From the NCBI GenBank assembly GCA_045837725.1, contig JBEWZL010000179.1:372001-436000 (forward strand): a stretch of DNA of 64,000 nt. Reading direction: 5' to 3'. The notes under the pieces are model-generated. The model had not been told where the DNA came from. It was given only the letters and a program-made list of their open reading frames with translations, and did not search any database. This stretch comes from Vermamoeba vermiformis (lineage: Eukaryota). Both the position numbers and the translations under genes were made by a program. Of this stretch, positions 38,068-50,812 are shown one piece after another (within the stretch, counting starts at the first letter, position 1; the number at the start of each line of letters is the position of its first letter).

Positions 38068-40422
38068 ATGGAAGAGATTAAACGAGAAGATAACGGAGAC
38101 GATTTTAAGAAGCTATCTGAGCTTGGCCTTGAGTTCCCTAAACTCGACGCTCGAGGGGCAGATCTGATCATCACCTTCGACCAAGACGATTCAGCTTCTG
38201 AAATATTAGAAGTCGATGAAGATGAAATTGGAAAAATCCAAATTAAGCTGAGTAGTGATAAGACAATGCACTCAATGGTCTTTCCGGATGCCTCAAAGAG
38301 ATTCAAGTTTGAAAGGTATCTTATCGTGCAAGAAATTTTTTAATCATAAGAATATCTATATAATTACAAAATACAATAGGAAAATCACTAAATAATGCTT
38401 GTGATATTTTTCAATCGATTTTTTTAAATGACAATCTTTTATATTTAACAGCGCCAGTCTACGCTACAATCAAGACCGAAATATGTTCTATATTAGATTT
38501 AGACGATTTTTAATACAAGAATTTTCGCTCGAAGTTGATGCTATGGACGAGGAAGTAATGGTAGATGTAAGGATCTAAATAACCAATTTTATCGCCTTGG
38601 TTAATCGGCAATATAACTAATTCTCATACATCATAGTTTGATAGTAAAAATAGAATTATTGGATTTGCAGTTTTGAATTCTGCACGCTGGTTGAAGAAAG
38701 AAGTCTTCGCGCAGCTGCCTGATAACGAGGTAATCTTCGTAGATCCGTTTAAACGAACTTAGAAGTACCAGTATTAATATAATATGTTATTAGTGGATTA
38801 AAGTGCCCGTTGAAGGTGTCCAAGAGAGTAACGGACCTGAGGATTATCTCGAGCGTAAAGCGAAAAAGGTTAGAAAAGCACAACAACCAGCTCCTGAGCC
38901 TAAAAATAAGCCCAAAAAGCGCGTATTTATCAACTTAGTTCCTAATCCTATTCCTGGACTTGAAGGTACAAACAAGCCAATCGTTACACAGTCTTGCTCA
39001 TTTCTTTTTAGACGCACCTAAAAACTCGTTCTTCCGTCAAAAAATCGTCAGAGACTTGGCCTGGGTGATGAATAGTCCCTTTATATTACGAAACATTCCT
39101 CAATTGCCTGATTTCGTCGTTAATTCAACCGAAGAAAAGAAGCCCGATTATTTTACCGATTTGCCGCTAGTACCTGAAGAGTGGAATGCAGTTATTAACG
39201 ATCCAAAGTTTTTACAAGAATTAGACGATAATCCGCAAGAGTTTTATGACTGGTACGCACAACTGACGTTAAAATTCTTCGTGGAGATTGACCGCTTTGT
39301 TACAGGATCAAAACGAAGGTCGTTCAAAGCAACAATTTGGGCGGTTACTTTTCAATGTTGATTCAATGGTGGTTGTTGAAGTGTCCTAACACTGACAAGG
39401 TACGTGACAATCATACTGTCACTACAAACATATTTCTAATACTCGAATAGTTACGCGTCAAATTCCAACTGTACAAAGACAAGAAGACTATTGGTGATTT
39501 GGATTTCTTATTCCACGATACAGAGACAGACGGTAGGAGTAATATATTCGTTATAGAATGGAGTACTGAGCGTTGGTATTGTTCAGAGTGGATCCACTGG
39601 GAAGTTGGAATCAAGTTTTATTTATTGCCGTTTGAGAATAAGCCGACTGAAGGCTGTCAAGTATTTAACGGCCCTCATTGCACGGGAGACTCGTTGTCAA
39701 AGTTCATTCGAAAGACGTGCAAACAGCTTCAGATCCGCGATGACGAGACAGCACGTGAGAAGCTGGTAGAAGAAGGAGTGTTGCCGTCACGTTGTTATTT
39801 CTTTTTGAAGGGATATTTGTTCTATCCTCTCACGGACCACTACTACGAACAAAGCAACTATGCTAAAGCACCACAAGAGTTCATGAACGAATACGTGGCC
39901 AAGCACTACAGCATCGAGAACACTAATTTGCATCCTAATCACTGCAAGGGCTGGTGGAACCAATTCAAATACTTGTCAACCGAGGGTGACGAGCGGATAG
40001 GTAATACATATAACCTTTATTATCCTCCTTAATCCTAATGCTAAAATTTTATTTGGAATGTAGCTAATGACGTGCTTTTGTTGGAAACGAATGTCAACGA
40101 AGTGAAAAAGACGAAGCTTGCAACTTCACGCTGGGTTATCTTGACGAAGGCAGACTTTATGACGGAGATTTATATCACCCCTGATAGGGTCGCTGATTAT
40201 GATTTATTGGACTACCCGCAGCTGAAGCAAAAATTGACCGAAAGTTTCCAAAGAAATTACAGAGGCGTGTTCTTGAGCGAATTGATTCCGTGGGACCAGT
40301 CAAGATTCAAGAACGAGCCAAATCCCGCTCAAATCACGTGGGTCGAGGCTAGTAGAGGAATTATTGTTAGCGACAAGTGGCCTGATCCGATCTACGCCAA
40401 CAAACGGTATTTCAACTACTAG
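38068..40422 (+). CDS. DUF2283-like domain(s) fused to a DUF1853-family putative PD-(D/E)XK nuclease
   Basis: One spliced frame: RYNQDRNMFYIRF...EEVMVDFDSKNRIIGFAVLNSA, then VRDLAW, LGGYF, TIGDLDFL, HWEVGIKFYL, GP...DSL, KGYLFYP, GWW and SRGIIV. Confidence 0.75.
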
Positions 40423-40616
40423 GCTTGTAATGACATAAAATTCGTTGTAAATTAACTTCTGAGTATGGCGTTAACGAGGTCTCCCGATTTATCAAATTTA
40501 TTTGGTTGAGTTTTCTGCGAGTTTCGGTGGCGAGTAATTTTCGACAACAAAAGAAAAGGCAACAACAGATGTATTAAATTGTAAATATTATATAATATAT
40601 ACCACAATAAATTTAA

Positions 40617-43600
40617 ATGCAACGAGTAAAGACAAGTGTGATTGGATGGGTGGAGCGCCGAATAGACGCGGGCATCACATCCGCTGGAGAATCTGCAAAA
40701 ACATTTTTCGTCGAAGGTATGTAACATTTCATTAAAATAAATAAACGTAATATGCCACTAGAACTTTTTCAAAATTAAATAATTTCTAATTTTTTTTTCT
40801 CGTTTATTCTTGTTTCTAAAAGATTGTACTTATTAATAATATTAATACGTAGCATGGAGAATTGTTTCTAGAATATTTATTGCTTGGATCACTGTCTTGC
40901 TTGGATTTCTCAATAAAAGAGCCTTCGAAGGCTGGTTCACAGCTGAAAGAGGACGAATTCAACAAAGACCAGTGCCTCCCTCTCCTAACAGCGATTCATT
41001 TGAAGAGTAAGTGAATCTTGTCATGTCACATTTAATTGGTCTGAAACTCATTCAATTGAATAGGCATACAATGACTCGGTTTGCGTCGCTGTTGGACGAA
41101 TCAGACGAGCAGTACGTGATACAATTATATGCACATATTGATTAAAATATGAGCTAACTTTAAACAGTAATTTAACGGCGCTGAAGTCGTCGACCCCAGA
41201 TCTGACAGTCAGTTCAGGTTCGCTGACAAGCAGCAACAATAACAACAATAATACAACTTCAACGAATAAACCTCGTAGACCAAGTAGGGCTTCTTTAAGA
41301 CGTAAGTAATAATGCATTTTCAGTGCGAATGTCAGTTATTAACAACTTCTTGCCAGCGAAGAAAGTAGTGATGCCGAAGATTAAATATGACAAAGTTGAT
41401 GTGAATAAGGATCGCATATTTTCATATGAGAAGGTCATGACAGGTTTCTTCGAGGACTTAAAGATGAACACGATCTTGGCAATCGATAAAATCATGAATG
41501 CGCTCAGACGATGGTCGAAGGACTTTTTTACGTACTTGAAGAACTTGACATTGACAACGATATTGTTGGCGTTATTGGACCCACGACGCTATTGGCAGCG
41601 AGCAGTATGGGCCTATTCCATTGTCGTGGCAGCGAGCAAACGCGTCATAAACTTCCTCCGTCCGAGCACTTGGAAAGCAGTGCCGCACAAGATCGTCGCT
41701 AAAGATCGACTTGACAAGCGACGCATGCAAGAGATCGTGCAGAGCCATGGATATCCCTATGAGCAGTACACTGTCACTACTGAAGACGGTTATATTTTGA
41801 CACTCGAAAGATTGCCCAATCGCAAGAGCGCAAAAGTGTACGTCATTACATACAGGTCTATCGCGCGCTAATATTAATGGATATTTATGTTAGTTTGTAT
41901 TTGCAACACGGTGTTATTGACAACAGTTACACGTGGTTCGCACATATTCAAGGACAAGGTGCCCTGGCATTCACTGCATTTGATTCGGGCTATGACGTGT
42001 TTGTCGGAACATTAAGGTCGTAGTACGTCTGGCAACGGCTTTTTTTGCTAATAATTTAAACTGTAGAGGGTGTCAAGGCAGTATGAAGCACGTCAATCCT
42101 AATATCAAGGCCAAAGAGTACTGGAACTTTACAGTGAACGAGCACGGGTTTTACGACTTCCCCGCGTTCATGAGTAAGATTAACGAGCTCAAGAACCAAG
42201 AACTTGATGTACTTTCACAGCCTATTGTCATCGACGCTGAGACTGGTCAAGTTCATGCATCAAACACGAACAATAATAACAACAACAGTAATTTGAATGT
42301 GCCAAGTTTGTCACCTCGACGAGGATCGTTTAGACGAAGCAAATCTTTCCCGAGCAACATCTTGCAATCGATTGCCAATGGCGAGAAAGTCGTCGAGTTG
42401 AACGATATTCAAGACGAAACTGAAAAGAAAGAATCCACGGCTGCACAAATGTCAAGTGCCGAGTACCGTGCAAAGAGCAAAGAGGCACTGTTAGGCAAGA
42501 AATTTGAAATCACTGTCATTTCTCACAGTGTAAGTCCTCTCTTTTTTTCGACACGTGCATTTCTGACTACGATTTGTAGATGGGAGCAATGGCCACCTTG
42601 ATGTACCTGATCAAGTCTCGCTTGGATAAGAAGCCTCACTACGTATCACGTGCTATTTTATTGTCGCCTGCAGGAGTTCATAAGACTGTAAGTTACGAAA
42701 TACCTTCGAAAGCCGGATCTAACTTCGAGGCAATTTTAGGCACCAAAAATTGTTCCTATTGTCGGCCCTATTCTAACAGTATTATTGTGGATACTTCCGA
42801 TCTATTCGTTTAGATTCCCTTCAGGTCTCATTTTTGGATTATTACTCATGGATGCTGTTTTTACTGACATTTCTTTTCAGAATACGTTCGTGTTTTGTTT
42901 GCTAAGGTGATGGAAGATGTAAATAGAAGCTACTCGATGAGAAATTTAATTTCTTATTTGTTGTCGAAAGTTGTTGGTGGTGACTCAATCGTAAGTCTGG
43001 TGCATCTAGATCGGAGCAACCCAGATCTAATTGTCTTTCGATTTAGGAGCACACGTTTGTTAATGTACATAATATCACGTATAACATCTTCAGCGGCACT
43101 TCGGCAGGTGTTTTCAGACATTTCTATCAGATCTACCGAAAAGGCAAATTCATGGTAAGCACGTGACTATTGCATATTAATTCTACCTTGTGCGCTGTCG
43201 AAATGTATTGGCATATGGTGTTGTCAATATACCATGAGGGCACATAGATTATCCTATCTATCTATAGCGTACTAATATCTACTAAAGGCATACGACTTCG
43301 GCAAAGATCGTAATATGCGCGAGTACGGTCAGAGAGAACCGATCGACTTTTTGGCTAATTATGACAAGTAAGAAAAATATCAATATTGACCTCTATAGTA
43401 TTTTTGTTAATATTTTGTTCTTAGGATCGATATCCCGATCTATTTCGTGATGGGTTTGAAGGACACGCTGATCGAGCCAGTCAGTATTATAACGCACTTC
43501 TCAACGCTTGAAGATCATCACCCTAATCTAGGTACGTATTACACTTATAATAGAAAAGTAAAATAATACGATCTAATTATTGTGCAGCGTTCTTAAAAGC

Positions 43601-43709
43601 GATCCCAAAGTTGGGTCACATCGATTTTACTATTGGTGCAAACGAAGAGTTAATTTCATACATCATGTCAATTCTTACCGAGAAGAATAAATCGAGCACG
43701 ATACAGTAA
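40617..43709 (+). CDS. Alpha/beta-hydrolase lipase (acid lipase-like with long N-terminal extension)
   Basis: GYPYEQYTVTTEDGYILTLERL, YLQHGVID, GYDVFVGTLRG, YWNFTVNEHGFYDFPAF, nucleophile SHSMG, AYDFG...N.REYGQ and GHIDF. Confidence 0.9.
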
Positions 43710-43745
43710 AATAATAATACTATTTAAGGCAATTTGAAGTTTGTT

Positions 43746-44369
43746 TTATTTTTGGATCCGTTCACTTATTATTTGGACCTTTTTTTTTCCATTTACGACG
43801 CACTCGTAATTACTTTTGTTATATTCGCACCTATTAAGCATATATTTGCCTGTTTGAATTACGTTACTGCATCCAGGATCAGAAAAGCTTTTGATAATCA
43901 TTGTTGTGTCATCGCAGTCATATTTCTCATATTGGCCTTTCATATATGAGCTCGGCACGCATGTATAAAGCGGTGCTATTTCAGCTTTGTAGAAGGATTT
44001 ACATTCGTCAGCTGAATCTCGTACAATTGCGTAAGAAGTGCTATTTACTAATCTACCAGGGTCAGGCTCTTCAGTAGCAAAACGTGTAGTCAAATTTGAG
44101 TTTAAATCGCATTTCCATCCGAGTATTATTGTTTTGGATTCGCATCTGCTACATTGTTTTTCTGAGCACATTTGAAAATAAATATCGTCTCCAATGCATT
44201 CTATTGAGCGCCATCTTTGAGGCAAAAATTGGGTACAGCTACCATCGTAAACTAATGCTGAGTAAGTCAGATTCACATTACAGGGCAGCTGGTACATCCA
44301 ACCTCCTTTTACATTGCAAAAATGCAGGAAAAGTAATGCAGTACTAAATAGATATATTCTGAGTCTCAT
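43746..44369 (-). CDS. Intronless secreted Cys-rich protein of unknown function (207 aa)
   Basis: ATG-started ORF with a signal peptide and regularly spaced cysteines, including FSDPGCS; no family recognised. Confidence 0.6.
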   Translation of the reverse strand: MRLRIYLFSTALLFLHFCNVKGGWMYQLPCNVNLTYSALVYDGSCTQFLPQRWRSIECIGDDIYFQMCSEKQCSRCESKTIILGWKCDLNSNLTTRFATEEPDPGRLVNSTSYAIVRDSADECKSFYKAEIAPLYTCVPSSYMKGQYEKYDCDDTTMIIKSFSDPGCSNVIQTGKYMLNRCEYNKSNYECVVNGKKKVQIISERIQK

Positions 44370-44635
44370 TTTTATCCGTTGTGATGCGTAGTACTGCGTA
44401 CAATAAACAACTCAACTCCGCACTTCGTGCCTTTTTAGTTAACAACTCGACCTCAACAAAGCATCATTAGGTACTGCCCTGAGCTATGGTTCTGTCATGA
44501 AGAAACTGAGGTATGAATTTAACGGTTGAGATTTTCGTAAATTCAATCTTTTACGCGCGTGCTTTTCGTAACTCAGATGTGAATCAACTTGAGAATCAGC
44601 AACACAATCGAGCTAAAATAATAAGGACATTGGTC

Positions 44636-46749
44636 ATGACAGACCTCGAGACTAGAGAGCTTCAAGAAGTAAGCATAGGTGAGTTCGATCCGTAAAAACA
44701 ACAGAAAAAATTACGTAGGTTATTGATTAATTTTTAGAGCTTGAAAATAACGAGGCCCTAGAAGAAGAGTTTACGAAAAATGGTCCTGCAAAATTGCAGA
44801 ATTTTGTGGACTTGACAGACGACCTGGATACGGTAGTACCTGGTCCTGGTAAGCTTAAATATTATGAAACTAAGAGAATATATATTCAAAAGTATATTGA
44901 GCTCGTAATGATAACTTTGAGACCATGAATCTATCAAACTAAGCCAGATCTATTTAATGCTTTGCAAATCCAAACTTACTCGTGCTTTCTCAAAGTGAGC
45001 GTTAATAACAATCGTATTTAGTAACATGGTGGTCTCGATTTCCTGTAATCACCAAGTTTCTCGACCTCTGTAAACAGTCGCAGTTTCCATTGCAAGTCAC
45101 GGTTGGCATTACCTTGGCCTCTTTGTTCATTTTGATCGATGCAATTAGAAATCATTTACCAGGTACGTCTATTGTACGGATTATTATTTTATCTCTTATT
45201 ATCTGACGTAATGTGATTCACACCTAACAAAACTCGGTACGATCCGCTTCGAATGACGTTACTAACTCGCTGTATTAAGACCAGATTTGGCTCGTAGTAA
45301 CAGTTATTATAGTCATTCAAACTACAATGTTTTTCGGTGCTTTCATCAAAAAGGCGTACGTATCGACTGTTCTTATCGTTGTTGTTCTTTTCTTATACCT
45401 CTTTAGTATTATGCGAGTACTTGGCACTATTGCAGGCGCAATTGCGGCAATGCTAGTCTTGTTAATAGGTAAGCTAATGTTATCAATCGAAAGCAGTCAG
45501 AGTGGATTCGCTAATTTTATCGCAGTTTATAACTTGGGCTCTGGATCGTTACAAACAGGTGCCAAGCCGTATCTTTTGGCTATATTAAGTGTTCCCGTAT
45601 ACTGGGGCTCGACAGTGTTAGTTATGAAGTACCCACAGTACCAGTACGCGAGTGTAATGGCTTGTATCGTCTACGTTCTGATTATTTTCGGAGAATATCG
45701 AGGTAAGTTTAGTTAATTAATTATATGAATGTACTTTTAGACTATATTTAACGACATTAACATTTTTGTAACGAAGTTTCTACACCCACATCCGGATTGA
45801 CTCAACCGAACTGGACGAATGCCGTATTCCGAACCTTATCGATTACAGCTGGCGTTATAGTATCGTTTTTAGTATGCTACTTCGTATTTCCTATTCGAGC
45901 AAGTGAAGCAGCAGAAGCTTTGATTGAAAAGCTTGCGAAGGACATTAGCAAGCTGTTCAAATACATTATGAACAGCTACACGAGCGAGAATGTTAGCAAA
46001 TACAATAATGCTGTATTCGTGCAGGAATCACGTGTTCAAGCAAGAGCTATCAGGTACGTTTTCGTAAATGAACTTCCAAAAAAGGAAATAATTAATTTTA
46101 TCGTCTCAGACTGGCACTTGACAAATTGATTGCAATGTTAGAACACTCAGAAGCCGAAGTTAACTTATTTAAGAAGCCACATCGATACCCTGTCGAGAAA
46201 TATCGTGCTATGGTCTTGCACATCCGAAGGTAAAATTTAGTTTCTTATAACCGCAGCCCTATTAATATCAATACCAGATTGTTTTTCATTCTCGTTTCAA
46301 TGTTTTACGTGCGAGATATATACCATACAAGCACACTGCAACAACTACACTTTGCGGATCGACCGATCAGATTGTTGACTTTAACGCTGAGTCGATCGCT
46401 TAAATATGCTACACACGTGGCGCTAAGCAAAGAATCAATCGTGAAAAAGCAACATTTGAATAAGAAACGAAAGTACTTGGTCTTGGACAACGAGAAGGCT
46501 GGCAAAGAGATAGAAGAGCTATTGGATGAATGCGTGTTAATATTGAAGCAATTCGTAGTTGAAAGACGCTTGCAGAAGAGTTCTGAGCAACAAAAGGTCG
46601 CGGAAGCTACATCCGGAGCGGATTTACTAAAGCACACGGATCTCGATACAGAAGAGACGCATTTTCATGGATTGATATCAAACATCCACGTATTTATTAA
46701 TCATATCAAGGGATTGGTTCACGAGGCTGATTCGCTGTTCGCGCATTGA
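44636..46749 (+). CDS. ALMT/FUSC (ArAE-type) organic-acid or anion transporter
   Basis: FPLQVTVGITLASLF, WLVVTVIIVIQ..FGAFIKKAIMRVLGTIAG, PQYQYA and RTLSITAGVIVSFLVCYFVFPIRA, followed by a helical cytosolic domain. Confidence 0.82.
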
Positions 46750-47034
46750 AGATCTGGCATCCGCTCCGAGATTTCTCGTTTAGACAACCTTGCTCAGCTT
46801 GCTACTCAGTCGGATTATAGGCTACATCATATCAAACGAATGATCCGAGTCTTTTTGCAAGCGAACCCCGCAGTAGAATTTCGTCTAAGTAGATCGAAGA
46901 TTTTGAAACAGATCCCGCGACTTCCAGAGTTTTCGGTGATTTCAGAAAAAATTCACAAGCTGTCTTAAATACGTCGCAAGCACGTCCGAAAGTCATTCAA
47001 CAAATCGATCGAAGAGAAAGCAACAAGTGAACAA

Positions 47035-48404
47035 ATGAGCAACGAACAACAATTCAAAGCATGGGCTGCCTTAGAACCAAAGGCTAAATTGACTGAATGG
47101 TCTTATACTCCTCGTCCTATTGGTCCTCGTGATGTCGAGATTGACATCACTCATTGCGGAATGTGCGGTACTGGTAAGTTCCCCGAAGATATTGGGATTT
47201 TTTTCACATCTGGTTACAGACATTCAAATGATTGACAATGGCTTGGGGTACTCGCGATTTCCTTTGGTGCCAGGTAATAAATCGATATAGTTTAATTGTA
47301 AGTTGTACTAATAATCGATTAAGGCCATGAAATTGTGGGCAATGTCACTCGTGTTGGCTCCGAAGTGACACGTGTCAAACTCGGTCAACGAGTCGGAGTT
47401 GGTCCACAAGTGCAATCGTGTCACGAGTGCAAGAACTGCTTGGACCATCAAGAGTCCTACTGCACCAAACTCGTGTTCACGTACCTCGGTGTTTATCCTG
47501 ATGGTCAACGAGCCCACGGTGGTTACGCAACGTAAGACCTAGTCAACTATATTATACTCTATGTTGATCTAATACGGCTTGAAGTAACGTGCGCGTCGAC
47601 GAGCGATTCACCTTTGTGATTCCCGAGAACTTGAAGTCTGAGGTACGCGTCCTATTTGTTGTTTCTCATCGCTATTCATTAGAACAATGCACTTATTCCT
47701 TATTAGGAAGTCGCACCCTTGTTGTGCATCGGCGTCACTGCCTACGCACCGTTCAAGCACAACAATGTTGGCCCAGGCAAGAGAGTCGGAGTGATTGGCA
47801 TTGGTGGTGTGGGCCATGTCGCACTCAAGTTTGCACGAGCATTGGGTGCTGAAGTTTACGCCATTTCAACTTCTGCTTCGAAAGAAGAAGAGGCCAAGAA
47901 ACTCGGTGCTCATCACTTCATCAACACCAACGACAAAGAGAGCTTGGCTAAGGTACGCCAATCATTCATATTTGTCTTATAGGTCTCGGGCCTAACAACT
48001 TCCATCAGTACCAAAACCATTTGGACTTGATCTTGTGCACGATGACCAACGAGAATGTAGACTGGAACTCGTTCTTTGGTCTGTTGCGCCGTGAAGGTGT
48101 GTTCCATCTGATTGGTGCGTTGGCCCATCCTATTCCATTGAACACTGGTACTTTCTTATTCAAGTAAGTTATATCACGTTTCGCTCGAGTTACCATTGCT
48201 CGATCTAACTTTTTGGTCAGGCGCGCGAATTTCTCCGGATCTTTCATTGGAAGTCCAGATGAAACGGATGAGATGTTGGCTATCGCTAGTAAGCATAACA
48301 TTACTGCTAATGTCCAAGTATGGCCTATTGAGAAGGTTAACGAAGCGATCGACAACTTCAGAAAAGGCAATCCGAGATACAGATACGTATTGCAATTGAA
48401 ATAG
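47035..48404 (+). CDS. Zn-dependent NADP(H) alcohol dehydrogenase, CAD/YahK/AdhC family, copy A (6 introns)
   Basis: CGMCGTD, PGHEIVG, structural Zn site SCHECKNC...YC, APLLC, GIGGVGH and RYRYVL. Confidence 0.95.
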
Positions 48405-48905
48405 ACAGATAATATTGTCTCTTATAAGAAACAATAACATACCTATGTTTATTCATTTAAATAAATGCCCATTTAGATGGAAGTTAGTGGTGCTCTATCA
48501 TGATCCGGCCACAAACGCGTGACTGGAGCTTTTTCTTGCCAACTAGTTCAGGTATTCTGATTTTACCAGCCGTAACATTAAAATTCCTGTTTCTCGAAGT
48601 TACAAGCATTGCTTACTATGGAAAAACGGAGAAATCATACAAGTTAGTCTAACGTAGATCGCTTCTTATCTTTCGGAATTATACTTCGCTAAAATAATGA
48701 CACCTACGGTCTTGATGCGAAGCTTCGATAACAACTAGGTTCCGAGTTCTAGCAGATCCACGGTGAAATTTCAGTATCGAAGGTTCTCCGTGGTACACAC
48801 ATCGGTAACCGTTGTGTACCATGCTTGGGACATATAAATCGCTTATCTAACAGGTCATTCAATTTCATCAAGCAAACAAACAACTGAACAACAAATCATT
48901 CAAAA

Positions 48906-50276
48906 ATGAGCAACGAACAACAATTCAAAGCGTGGGCTGCATTCGAACCAAAGGGACAATTGTCTGAATGGTCCTATACTCCTCGTCCTATTGGTCCTAA
49001 CGACGTTGAGATCGACATCACTCATTGCGGCATGTGTGCTAGTGGTAAGTATCGGGATCTAGCAAAACAGCGCGATCTAACTAGGATCCAGATCTCCACA
49101 CCATTGACTCTGGTTGGGGTCCTACCAAATACCCAGTAGTCGCTGGTCATGAAATCCTCGGCACCGTCAAGCAAGTTGGTTCAAGTGTCACGAAATTCAA
49201 AGTTGGTCAACGTGTCGCAGTTGGTGCTCAAGTTGGCTCTTGTCACTCGTGCGAGAGTTGCAACGAACACTGGGAAGCTTACTGCCCGACGGCTACTTAC
49301 ACGTACAATAGCAAGTACCCCGATGGTACTGCCACATACGGTGGTTATGCCAAGTAAGTCATAGTTCAGACTTCAATATTCTGTTTTTCCGAAATTATTT
49401 ATAAATAACATTTCCTTTTTTAGAAATATTCGTGTCGAAGACCAGTTCGTTTTCGCCGTTCCAGAGAACTTGAAGTCAGAAGTAAGTCATCATGATGACA
49501 ATTGTCGAGGTTGGACTCGTAATTTGACACTTTTCCATTTTAGGAAGCTGCACCGCTCTTGTGCGCTGGTATCACTGTCTACTCGCCGCTCAAGTACTTC
49601 GGAGCAGGCCCTGGCAAAAAGGTCGGAATTATTGGTATCGGAGGTCTGGGTCATTTGGGTCTCAAGTTTGCACGAGCATTGGGTGCTGAAGTTTACGCCA
49701 TTTCAACTTCTGCTTCGAAAGAAGAAGAGGCCAAGAAACTCGGTGCTCATCACTTCATCAATACCAACGACAAAGACGCTGTTGCTAAGGTACGTGAAAA
49801 AATCGAAAAAAATATCTTCGACCCAACTGTGAAATTTCGGCAAACGAATCGGAATCGAACATAAGTTAATTTATTCGTATTGCAGTATGCCAATAGTCTC
49901 GATTTGATCGTGTGCACAGCCAACGGTCCCAACATGGACTTCAACGCGTACCTCACTCTCTTGCGCCGCGACGGAACTTTCACATTGGTCGGTGCACCTG
50001 AAGTTCCTTTGACACTTCAATTCTTCCCGCTGTTGTTCAAGTACGTGCTAAACTTATGCAATTATTACAATAACAAGCGCTAATAAGTCTTGCAGGCGAT
50101 TGAAGTTTGCTGGTTCGTTGATTGGCAGCCCTAATGAAATCGAAGAGATGTTAGCGTTGTCTAGCAAGAACAATATCGCAGCTGATGTTCAAGTGTGGCC
50201 CATTGAGAAGGTCAACGAAGCTATTGCCAGCTTCAGAAAGGGAGATCCGAGATACAGATACGTGTTGAAGTTGTAA
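48906..50276 (+). CDS. CAD/YahK-family alcohol dehydrogenase, copy B (5 introns)
   Basis: [22 protein letters not shown]...YC, APLLCAG, GIGGLGH and RYRYVL. Confidence 0.95.
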
Positions 50277-50812
50277 ATAAAGAGAGACAATTAGACTAGT
50301 GAAGAAAAAATATATTGAGCTTGGATGTCGTCGCAACACGATGTGTAGGGAGTACAATTTTCCTCCGTAAAAAATTTGAGCCGATCTATCTACAGTGCCT
50401 TGTTTCTAGTCAAAAAATTGAAAACGCCTTTTGGCTCGTTTCGCGCATATATGAAGTTGGCGCAGCGATCCGAAACATTACAACGGAGTACACATCCGCT
50501 TTGTGCATCCGTACTTCTAGAGAGTCACTTGTGACTAGAAAAATTAAATTTTTAAAAATTCGATTCAGACCTCGGTATCGATAAAAAAACAGCAAATTTT
50601 TACTTTTTATCGGTTACCTCTTAAGGTCTGTTACGAGACCTTTCTTTCCAGTACTAGTAGCTGACCTTAAATAATTATTCTCGGAGATTCGGAAAGGAGA
50701 TGTGTGAACTACGCCGAGATAAATGTTCTGGAAGCAGAATTTCGCCCTACAAAAACAAATCAAATTTCGCCATTTTAGTAATAAGTATAGTTTAAGAACA
50801 ACATAAAGCATA

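Noticed and set aside
38316-38451. Intron starting GTATCTTAT as a possible U12-type intron
   Set aside because: The donor deviates from GTATCCTT and there is no TCCTTAAC-like branch site; I saw no convincing U12 intron anywhere in the window.
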